The position numbers and the translations under genes are program-made. DNA of 53,925 bases from Eubacteriales bacterium (GTDB taxonomy: Bacteria; Bacillota; Clostridia; Christensenellales; UMGS416): NCBI GenBank assembly GCA_028693155.1, contig JAQUVY010000002.1, positions 1 to 53,925 of the forward strand, written 5' to 3'. The notes beneath the pieces are model-generated. The model made no database searches. It was not told the origin of the DNA and saw only the letters and a program-made list of their open reading frames with translations. This document shows, in pieces, positions 1-9,275 of this stretch. Numbering within the stretch: the first letter of the stretch is position 1; each line of letters starts with the position of its first letter.

Positions 1-2144
<2,144 letters not shown>

Positions 2145-2155
2145 ACAACACAACA

Positions 2156-2185
2156 CGGCGGGCGGTCTTTTGACCGCCCGTTTTG
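2156..2185 (+). terminator. intrinsic terminator after the GH2 gene
   Basis: Stem CGGCGGGCGGTC / GACCGCCCG with loop TTTT, followed by TTTTG. Confidence 0.6.
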
Positions 2186-2225
2186 CATGCAAGGGCTTGC
2201 GCGGCGCGCAAAAAAGGAGAAAACC

Positions 2226-2746
2226 GTGAAAATCGAAACGCAGCGACTGATTTTAAGGGAGATGACGGCGGGCGACTACGACGCGCTGTACGCCGTGCTG
2301 GCGGATTCGGATATCATGCAGCATTACCCGTATACCTTTGACGAGCAGCGCGTGCGCGGCTGGATCGAAAAAAACCTGGAGCGCTACCGCGTTTTCGGCT
2401 TCGGCCTGTGGGCGGTCACGCGAAAGGATACGGGGGAGATGATCGGGGACTGCGGGCTGACGATGAGCTGATCCATGGGCAGATCCGGCCGGAGATCGGC
2501 TATCACATCCGGCGGGATCAGCAAAGAAAGGGGTTTGCCGGCGAAGCCGCCCGAGCCGTGCGGGATTGGGCCTTTCAAAACACGCCCTTCAACCTGCTGT
2601 GCTCATACATGAAGGACAGCAATGTGGGCTCCTATTCCACGGCGGTGGCCAACGGGATGGAGCAGATCGATGCGTTTGAGGAGGAGGATCACGCCCTGAC
2701 CCGGGTGTATGCCATCACCCGGGCGCAGTGGGAACAAAGCCGCTGA
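2226..2746 (+). pseudogene. GNAT family N-acetyltransferase (RimJ/RimL-like), split by a frameshift near 2455-2470
   Basis: A GTG at 2226 sits behind AAAAGGAG. The N-terminal half (VKIETQRLILREM...GDCGLTMS*) stops at 2471. The C-terminal half (ELIHGQIRPEIGYHIRRDQQRKGFAGEAARAV...) continues in the -1 frame to 2746. Together they form one typical GNAT. Confidence 0.7.
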
Positions 2747-2780
2747 AGCCGCACGGCGCTTTTTGGCGGGGAAAAAATAA

Positions 2781-2813
2781 AACGGGCGGAGAAAATATTT
2801 TTCTCCGCCCGTT
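2781..2813. terminator. perfect 15-bp hairpin, terminator-like mainly on the minus strand
   Basis: AACGGGCGGAGAAAA-TAT-TTTTCTCCGCCCGTT. An A-run lies upstream on plus (a T-run on minus) and there is no T-tail on plus. Confidence 0.4.
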
Positions 2814-2929
2814 AACGTTAGGGTAGCATAAGGAAAAGAAAAAGTCTAGTATGCACGGCGGGAAGGTGGTACGCTTTGACTGTCGACAGACAGCGGAGCG
2901 TTTCGCAAAAAGCGAAAAAGGAGTTTGCC

Positions 2930-3376
2930 ATGCTTACCATACAGCGAGCGGAGATGGCCGATGCCCCGGCCATCACCAAAATCAAGACCGAGGCGTTTCA
3001 TAAGGAGATCAACACCTATCTGGGCAGGAACGGAGGCCCTCCCGGCTATGACGATGTGGCTTCGGAGGAAGCCCTCATCCGAGACCGCATCGCCTATAAA
3101 ATACTGCTGGACGGGGAGATCATCGGCGCGTTTTTCCTCCTTGCGTTCGAACCTGGGAAAATGCGCTTTGAAGATTTTGTGATCACCCCGGAAAAGCAGG
3201 AAAAGGGCTACGGGTATCAGACCCTGCAATTGGTGCAGGATAGCTACCCCAACGTCCGCGCGTGGTATTTATCCACGCCGGTGTTCAGCCTGGGTAATCA
3301 GCATCTTTATGAAAAGTTCAGCTACCGGGAGATCGGCCGGCACGGCGATGAAATTGAATATTGCAAGGTGAATTAG
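2930..3376 (+). CDS. GNAT family N-acetyltransferase
   Basis: ATG at 2930 behind AAAAGGAG. The sequence MLTIQRAEMADAP...ITPEKQEKGYGYQTL contains an acetyl-CoA-binding-like Q/RxxGxG/A segment. Confidence 0.8.
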   Translation: MLTIQRAEMADAPAITKIKTEAFHKEINTYLGRNGGPPGYDDVASEEALIRDRIAYKILLDGEIIGAFFLLAFEPGKMRFEDFVITPEKQEKGYGYQTLQLVQDSYPNVRAWYLSTPVFSLGNQHLYEKFSYREIGRHGDEIEYCKVN

Positions 3377-3410
3377 CACAGCAGCCCCGAGCGATCGGGG
3401 CTGCTGTGTT
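3377..3410. terminator. bidirectional terminator between the GNAT gene and tyrS
   Basis: CACAGCAGCCCCG...CGGGGCTGCTGTG followed by TTTCG. The genes are convergent. Confidence 0.6.
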
Positions 3411-3443
3411 TCGCGGCGGAATCACGCGGGTAGACGCTGCGGC

Positions 3444-4649
3444 CTAGACGAAGCGCAGGAAACGCTTCTTTCCCAGGCGCAGCACATCGCCGGGCGCAAG
3501 CAGGGTGTCAATGCCGTCGGGCGGCAGCTTTTCACCGTTCTTTTGCACGCCGCCCTGGGCGATCAGCCGCAGCAGCTCGCTGCGGCTTTTGACGCAGCCC
3601 AGCGCGATGAGCGCGGGCACCGCGTCGTTGAGCACGCGCACCTCGCCCAGCGCCTGCGTGGGAATGTCGTCGGGCACGGCTTTTTTGCCAAATGCGGTGT
3701 CGTAATAAGCGCGCGCCTTCTCCGTTTCGGCCTGGCCGTGGTAGAGGGTGGTGATGATGCCGGCCAGGCGGTATTTCACATCCCGCGGGTTGGCGCCGCC
3801 CTCCAGCTCCCGGCGCACGGCGTCCACCGTGTCGGGGTGCTCGTCGGTGCACAGCTCAAAATATTTTACGATCAACGCATCGGGGATCTCCATCACCTTT
3901 TTAAACATGACTTCGGCCGGTTCGCTCACCCCGATGTAGTTGCCCAGGCTTTTGCTCATTTTCTCCACGCCGTCCAGCCCCTCCAGCAGGGGCATGAACA
4001 GGGCGACCTGCTGCTCCTGCCCCAGGCTTTTTTGCAGCGTGCGTCCCATGAGGATGTTAAAGGTCTGGTCGGTGCCGCCCAGCTCAATGTCCGCCTTCAG
4101 CTCCACCGAGTCATAGGCCTGCATGAGCGGGTAAAAGAACTCGTGAATGCCGATGGGTATCTGATTGCGGTAGCGGTTTTGAAAGTCGTCGCGCTCCAGC
4201 ATACGGGCGACGGTGGTGACGGAGGCCAGGCGGATCACTTCTTCAAAGGTCAGCTTGGCCAGCCACTGGCTGTTGAAGCGCACCTCGGTTTTGTCCTTGT
4301 CCACGATCTTAAAGATCCGCTCGCAGTAGGTCAGCGCGTTGGCCTTCACCTGCTCCTCGCTGAGCGCGGCGCGTCCCTTTGCCTTGCCCGTCGGGTCGCC
4401 GATGCGCCCGGTGAAGTCGCCGATGACGATGACCGCGCGATGCCCCAGATCCTGCATCTGCCGGATCTTGCGCAGCACCACCGCGTGACCCAGGTGAATA
4501 TCCGGTGCAGAGGGGTCCAGCCCCAGCTTGATGGTGAGGCCCTGCCCGCTTTGGCAGGCGCGGGTGAGCTTGGCCAGCAGTTCTTCTTCGTTTACCACGT
4601 CCTGCGCGCCTTTGCCGATGATGCGTAGTTGCTCTTTGGGTTCCAACAT
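3444..4649 (-). CDS. tyrS: tyrosine--tRNA ligase
   Basis: HIGH-type motif (DIHLGHAVVL), KMSKS motif (KMSKSLGN) and a C-terminal S4-like domain. I place the start at the ATG at 4649 (MLEPKEQL...) because the T-box leader occupies the upstream part of the long ORF. Confidence 0.95.
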   Translation of the reverse strand: MLEPKEQLRIIGKGAQDVVNEEELLAKLTRACQSGQGLTIKLGLDPSAPDIHLGHAVVLRKIRQMQDLGHRAVIVIGDFTGRIGDPTGKAKGRAALSEEQVKANALTYCERIFKIVDKDKTEVRFNSQWLAKLTFEEVIRLASVTTVARMLERDDFQNRYRNQIPIGIHEFFYPLMQAYDSVELKADIELGGTDQTFNILMGRTLQKSLGQEQQVALFMPLLEGLDGVEKMSKSLGNYIGVSEPAEVMFKKVMEIPDALIVKYFELCTDEHPDTVDAVRRELEGGANPRDVKYRLAGIITTLYHGQAETEKARAYYDTAFGKKAVPDDIPTQALGEVRVLNDAVPALIALGCVKSRSELLRLIAQGGVQKNGEKLPPDGIDTLLAPGDVLRLGKKRFLRFV

Positions 4650-4975
4650 GCAAATAGTCTCCAATCCTAATCGTTTTGCTTTCCTGAACACGGCGGTGAG
4701 ATGGTCGGCAAAAGCCGCGAAATCAAAAAAACGCCCTTTGCTTAAAAAGCAAAGGGCGAGAAGTCTCGCGGTACCACCTTTGGTTCGTGAGGGGCTCGCG
4801 CCGCTCACCTCAGCAGGTACGTCTTAAAAAGAGATACCCCGGCGCCGTAACGGGCGCACCCGCCGCAGCCTAGAGCACGGAGCTCTTCGGTGCGGAGCAT
4901 AAAAGATGTATTCACAACGATCCGCCTGCGCCTCTCATCTGCCGGCCGCTTTCTGTAGGCTTTCCTCGCTGCTAC
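4650..4975 (-). promoter_or_regulatory. T-box leader (tyrosine-specific) with terminator/antiterminator
   Basis: On the minus strand: the T-box core AAAGGTGGTACCGCGAGA (plus 4767-4778), the terminator GCCCTTTGCT-loop-AGCAAAGGGC + TTTTTTT (plus 4724-4757), and K-turn-like AGATGAGAGG. UAC triplets occur at 4910-4908 (GAA-UAC-A) and 4819-4817. Confidence 0.85.
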
Positions 4976-4985
4976 TGGTTCCTTA

Positions 4986-5861
4986 TCACAGCTTTTGCGT
5001 TTCCATTTGATCCGTCCGTGTGGTCGGAATATGATGTATCCTAGCCGATTGCGCGGCAAATGTCAAGGCGGCGCGAACGCTTTTTTGCGCCCACTGCCAA
5101 ATATCTTCTCCGCCGCGGGGCAGCCAAAGCACGCGCGGGGCCACTGCCGGGGAGATCAGCGCAGAAAACTGGCTTTGCCAGGCGGCGGGCAGCACGGCGC
5201 ATAAAAGGTTGGGCGCCAGCGCCAGCTCATCCCGTATTTTAAGCGGATGGTACCCGTCAAAGACGGCGGCGGGGTGGCGCGCCAGCGTGTCATAGCGAAA
5301 GTAAAACCGCGCGCCGGGGGCAAAGCAGCGCAGCAGCTCCTCCTCATCGGGACTGTGCCCCAGCGCCCGCTCCACGATCAGGCGATCGCCCGCCTGACAG
5401 TTGCCCCAGGCGAGCATGAGGTGCTCAAAATAGTCGGGCGGGTCACCGGCGGCGTTGCGCGCTTCGCTGGCCAGGGCTTCGGGGGAAAGGCCGCGCACGC
5501 GGGCGGCGCTCTTGATGCACCCATCGGTAAAAATACTGCGTGCCGCGTCCTGCGCGGCGGTGTGGCAGACAAGCTCCGTCAGGCAACCGCCGTCCAGGCA
5601 GGCGGTGCATTCGGTGATGCGGGCGGGGGGCGCTGCCCCCAAATAGCGGTCGGGCGCGTCCAGCGCGGCTTGCGCGGCGGCGCGCAGCGTTTCTTCCTCG
5701 CACCGAAGGACGGGCTCCCGGCCGTGCGCGCGCTCATACAGCGCGAACTGTGCCAGCTTTTGCAGCTCCCAGCGGGACAGATGGGGATAATCGGACAGCG
5801 CAAACTGATAAACCCCATCCCAGATGATGGTGAAATCGTGCCGGGCAATGTGAATCAGCAT
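4986..5861 (-). CDS. hypothetical protein (no family recognised)
   Basis: ATG at 5861 behind GGAG (MLIHIARHDFTIIWDG...). The 291-aa ORF runs in the same direction as its neighbours. The upstream extension to 5942 lacks an RBS. Confidence 0.6.
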   Translation of the reverse strand: MLIHIARHDFTIIWDGVYQFALSDYPHLSRWELQKLAQFALYERAHGREPVLRCEEETLRAAAQAALDAPDRYLGAAPPARITECTACLDGGCLTELVCHTAAQDAARSIFTDGCIKSAARVRGLSPEALASEARNAAGDPPDYFEHLMLAWGNCQAGDRLIVERALGHSPDEEELLRCFAPGARFYFRYDTLARHPAAVFDGYHPLKIRDELALAPNLLCAVLPAAWQSQFSALISPAVAPRVLWLPRGGEDIWQWAQKSVRAALTFAAQSARIHHIPTTRTDQMETQKL

Positions 5862-5955
5862 AAAAGCTCCTTCGGGAAAAGATCGACACAAGTATAGCAC
5901 AAAACATAAAAAAAATACCGCGGCAAAAATGCCGCGGTACAAAGCCTTGCTGAAT

Positions 5956-7314
5956 TTACATGGTGATGAAACGCAGAGCGAACAACACCGTGCAGATCCA
6001 CATCACGGGATGGATGTCCTTGATTTTGCCGGTGCAGACCTTCAGGATGACCCAGGAGAGCATACCGAAGATGATGCCGTTGGCGATGGAAGCGGTGAAG
6101 GGCATCATGATGATGGCCACAAAGCCGCCCACCACGTCGGCGATATCGCCGTCGAAGTGCATCTTCTTGATGGAAGCCATCATCAGCAGACCCACGAACA
6201 CCAGCGCAGGAGCGGTGGCGAAGCCGGGGATGGCGGTGAAGATGGGGTGCAGGAAGACGGACAGCAGGAACAGCACAGCGGTGGTGACGGCGGTCAGACC
6301 GGTGCGGCCGCCCGCGGATACGCCGGCGGAGGACTCAATGTAGCTGGTGACGGTGGAGGTGCCCAGGCAGGCGCCGGCCACGGTGCCCAGAGCATCGGCC
6401 ATCAGCGCGCCGCCCACGCGGGGCAGCTTGCCGTCCTTGTCCAGCAGGTTGCCCTGGTCGGCCACGCCGATCAAAGTGCCCACCGTGTCAAAAATATCGA
6501 CGAACAGGAAGGAGAACACAATAATGACAAAGTTCAGGATGTTTTCGGCGACCCATTTGAAATCGAACTGCAGCACAGCCGATTCCTTGACCACGGGCAG
6601 CAGGGTCCAGTTGGTGAAGTTGGGGATCAGCGAATACGCGCCCGCGGCGGGATCCACCTGATACCAGCCGATCAGCTGGGCAATGATGCCCAAGCCCCAG
6701 GTCAGCAAAATGCCAAAGACGATGGCACCTTTTACCTTATAGTGGTGCATGACGGCGATGGCCAGCAAGCCGATCATGGCCAGCGCAAACTGAGGAGTCA
6801 GAACGGCGCCCAGCGTGACCAGCGTGGAAGCGTCGCCCACGATGATGCCCGCGCCCTTCAAGCCCAGCAGGGCGATGAACAGGCCGATGCCCACGGTAAT
6901 GCCGTACTTCAGGTTGGCAGGCACGGTGTTGACCAGCGTCTCACGGAACTTAAACAGGGACAGAACAATGAAAATGACGCCTTCCACAAACACGGCGGTC
7001 AGCGCAACGCGCCAATCCACGCCCATGCCCAGGCACACGCTGTAGGTAAAGAACGCGTTCAGGCCCATGCCCGGCGCCAGTGCCACAGGGTAATTGGCCA
7101 GGAAAGCCATGCACAGGGTGGCGAAGGCGGAGGCCAGAGCGGTGGCCAGGAACACGGCGCCCCAGTCCATCAGCGGCACGCCGGCATCGGCGCCCGAGAG
7201 CATGTTGGGGTTGACCACCAGAATGTAGGCCATGGCCAGGAAGGTGGTAACACCGGCGACGATCTCGGTACGCACCGTGGTGTTGTGCTCTTTGAGCTTA
7301 AAGAGCTTCTCCAT
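5956..7314 (-). CDS. NCS2-family purine permease (AzgA/PbuG-like adenine/guanine/hypoxanthine transporter)
   Basis: MEKLFKLKEHNTTVRTEIVAGVTTFLAMAYILVVNPNML is a typical N-terminus for this family. The protein has many TM segments. ATG at 7314 behind GGAGGT. Confidence 0.9.
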   Translation of the reverse strand: MEKLFKLKEHNTTVRTEIVAGVTTFLAMAYILVVNPNMLSGADAGVPLMDWGAVFLATALASAFATLCMAFLANYPVALAPGMGLNAFFTYSVCLGMGVDWRVALTAVFVEGVIFIVLSLFKFRETLVNTVPANLKYGITVGIGLFIALLGLKGAGIIVGDASTLVTLGAVLTPQFALAMIGLLAIAVMHHYKVKGAIVFGILLTWGLGIIAQLIGWYQVDPAAGAYSLIPNFTNWTLLPVVKESAVLQFDFKWVAENILNFVIIVFSFLFVDIFDTVGTLIGVADQGNLLDKDGKLPRVGGALMADALGTVAGACLGTSTVTSYIESSAGVSAGGRTGLTAVTTAVLFLLSVFLHPIFTAIPGFATAPALVFVGLLMMASIKKMHFDGDIADVVGGFVAIIMMPFTASIANGIIFGMLSWVILKVCTGKIKDIHPVMWICTVLFALRFITM

Positions 7315-7359
7315 AGGGATACCTCCAAACAAATTGCGGCAAGAGCCGCTTATTATGAC

Positions 7360-7400
7360 TTTTCCCCGCGGGAAAACCCCCGTTTTGCCCGCGGGGAAAA
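7360..7400. terminator. 13-bp palindromic hairpin between the PRT gene and the permease gene
   Basis: TTTTCCCCGCGGG ... CCCGCGGGGAAAA. This is a possible partial terminator or processing site within the operon. Confidence 0.45.
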
Positions 7401-7402
7401 GT

Positions 7403-7963
7403 TCATTCCTTTACGGTGCCGTCGGCGTTGAACAACGGCAGCTTTTCCAGATAAATGATGTCACCGCGGGTTTGGGCGTCGCCCTCGGCCAGCACGGCCA
7501 TGCGCCCCACCACGTTGCCCCCGGATTTTTCCACCAGAGTTTCCAGAGCCTGCAGGGATTCCCCGGTGCTGATGACGTCGTCTACGATGATGACGCGCTT
7601 TCCCTTCATGAAGGCCGCGTCGTCGCCGTCGATGTGCAGGGTCTGCTTGTTGGCGGTGGTGATGGACTGCACCTCGGTGGAAACCACGTTTTTCATGTAC
7701 AGCTTAATGCCTTTTCGCGCGATGAGGTAGCGGTTTTCCCCGGCCTGAGAGGCCATTTCATAAATCAGCGGAATGCCCTTGGCCTCGGCGGTAATGAGCA
7801 CATCGTGCGCCGGCGCTACCTTGAGCAGCTCGCGTGCGCAGGCCTGAGTCAGTTCCACATCACCGAACATAATAAACGCGCCGATGTACAGTTCGTCATT
7901 GATGGGGCACAGGGGCAGGTCGCGTTCCAGCCCCGCGATGGTCATACGGTAGGCATTGTTCAT
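7403..7963 (-). CDS. purine phosphoribosyltransferase family protein
   Basis: PRPP-binding loop RVIIVDDVISTGESL. ATG at 7963 (MNNAYRMTIAG...). The gene is adjacent to a purine permease. Confidence 0.85.
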   Translation of the reverse strand: MNNAYRMTIAGLERDLPLCPINDELYIGAFIMFGDVELTQACARELLKVAPAHDVLITAEAKGIPLIYEMASQAGENRYLIARKGIKLYMKNVVSTEVQSITTANKQTLHIDGDDAAFMKGKRVIIVDDVISTGESLQALETLVEKSGGNVVGRMAVLAEGDAQTRGDIIYLEKLPLFNADGTVKE

Positions 7964-8003
7964 AAAGCATGGATCCTTTCTGCAGCGTCGCCCCAAGGGC
8001 GGC

Positions 8004-8062
8004 AAAAAATCAAAGCCATACCTTGACCCGGATGCCGTCAGGGCGAACAGGAAGGATATGGC
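8004..8062 (-). promoter_or_regulatory. leader attenuator (intrinsic terminator) upstream of the PRT-permease operon
   Basis: Minus strand: GCCATATCCTT...(27-nt structured loop)...AAGGTATGGC followed by TTTGATTTTTT. It lies between the promoter and the ATG. Confidence 0.5.
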
Positions 8063-8087
8063 GCGGTTACATCTCTGAAACATAAAA

Positions 8088-8116
8088 ATACTAGCATACT
8101 GACAAAATGAAGTCAA
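8088..8116 (-). promoter_or_regulatory. sigma-A-type promoter of the PRT-permease operon
   Basis: Minus strand: TTGACT, 17 nt, TAGTAT. Confidence 0.6.
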
Positions 8117-8209
8117 TAATTCCGAATGATATTGCCGAAAAATAAAAGAAAGATCAGAATTATGAAAAATATGGAAGCGTCAATATGGGAGCGGCGCAGG
8201 AAGATGAAT

Positions 8210-9205
8210 GCTAGAAACCCACAAGGGACTTCGTCCCTTGACCCTTTCATCGGGGAAGCGCCGCTTTGACGGTCAAAGGATCGTTCCCGAGGGCAAAGAG
8301 ATTGCGGCAACCCTATCGCTTTCTCACAAGCCCGGCAGCCCCAAAAACCACTAACTCTTTATGTACCCTTGAAGGGGTTCAAGGGGCGGTCGCCTCTTGG
8401 GTGCGAGGCAAACCAGCGCCGCCCCAACGGCAATCACGAGAGCGGGGTTGAAAAGAGGATGGGAGAACCCCTGCAAGGGACTTCGCCCCTTGCATCCCTT
8501 CTTCGTGGAGAAGCAGCGCGCGGCGAACCTTCGGCAGCAGGCGTTCTTGGCTACCCACGCACTTCGGCCTTTGGCCGAAGTGCTTCCGGGGTCTGGGGTG
8601 ACCCCAGGCGCCAGGGGGTAATAGGGGGATGCAACAACGCCCCCTGGTCCAAATGTTTCGGCTATGACGAAACATGGCTCGCGCGGAAGCACTTGGCTTG
8701 CTTCCGCACAAGGGTTTTGCCCCCGCCGGAGGCGAGTCCTCCTTATGCCAGTCGGCAGGAACCCACAAGGGACTTCGTCCCTTGACCCTTTCATCGGGGA
8801 AGAGCCGCTTTGACGGTCAAGGGATCATTCCCGAGGGCAAAGAGATTGCGGCAACCCCATCGCTTTCTCACAAGCCCAGAGGCTAAGAAGGCTCACGCAA
8901 AAACCTTATGTACCCAACATGGGTGCAGGGCGTCGCCCTGCAAGGGATCATTCCCGAGGGCAAACAGATTGCTGCAACCCCGTTGCTTTCTCACAAGCCC
9001 GGCAGCTAAGAAGGCTCACGCAAAAACCTTATGTACCCAACATGGGTGCAGGGCGTCGCCCTGCAAGGGATCGTTCCCGAGGGCAAACAGATTGCGGAAC
9101 CCCCGTTGCTTTCTCACAAGCCCAGCGGCTAAGAAGGCTCACGCAAAAACCTTCAGTTGCTCTTGGCTGCCCTCGCGTTTCGCCTGCGGCGAAACGCTTT
9201 TCGGA
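8210..9205. repeat. hairpin-dense modular intergenic repeat array, locus 1
   Basis: A 56-bp core (GGATCrTTCCCGAGGGCAAAsAGATTGC..GCTTTCTCACAAGCCC) occurs at 8278-8333, 8822-8877, 8945-9000 and 9068-9123. A ~120-bp unit is repeated at 8214 and 8758. Many GC hairpins are present. Modules are shared with 22355-23445. Confidence 0.85.
8882..9153. repeat. 123-bp tandem repeat (about 2.2 copies) inside locus 1
   Basis: GCTAAGAAGGCTCACGCAAAAACCTT starts at 8882, 9005 and 9128. The copies are near-identical. Confidence 0.9.
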
Positions 9206-9217
9206 TTTGCCCGTTTG

Positions 9218-9226
9218 TGATATAAT
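9218..9226 (+). promoter_or_regulatory. possible extended -10 promoter for obg
   Basis: TGATATAAT (TG-n-TATAAT) lies 50 nt upstream of the obg start. The -35 is weak. Confidence 0.35.
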
Positions 9227-9275
9227 ATACTATCAGCAGAAAAGCGGTCTTTACCGCACGAAGGAAATGAATGAT

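Noticed and set aside
2781-2813. The perfect 15-bp hairpin as a regulatory element for the second GNAT gene.
   Set aside because: It sits more than 110 nt upstream of the start with no associated conserved motif. It is most simply a terminator-like hairpin, and its minus-strand polarity has no obvious gene to terminate.
4650-4808. N-terminal extensions of database-style longest ORFs. Examples: tyrS to 4808, the permease to 7332, the PRT to 8116, hrcA from 23457, dnaJ from 27222, tuf from 31344, rplA from 34362, and the long 10859-12595 minus-strand ORF.
   Set aside because: The extensions run through leaders, promoters or CIRCE, or through another gene. Internal ATGs with good Shine-Dalgarno sequences give the canonical N-termini.
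7964-8080. A canonical guanine/adenine riboswitch upstream of the PRT-permease operon.
   Set aside because: I could not find the conserved junction and loop strings of the purine aptamer by eye. The element is kept only as an unclassified attenuator (see findings).
8761-9153. A CRISPR array interpretation of the regularly spaced repeats.
   Set aside because: The conserved part is about 56-95 bp and the 'spacers' are themselves repeated hairpin modules rather than unique sequences. The period (123 bp) and the absence of cas genes do not fit CRISPR.
8810-9220. ORFs with 41-aa tandem peptide repeats through the 123-bp array. This includes the upstream extension of the obg ORF from 8919, and the recurring MKGSRDEVPCGF... 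minus-strand ORFs at 8113-8310, 8351-8794 and 22094-22495.
   Set aside because: They stay open only because the repeat period is a multiple of 3. They lack an RBS, consist of palindromic hairpin DNA, and the same DNA is open in several frames and on both strands. The true obg start at 9276 has an RBS.
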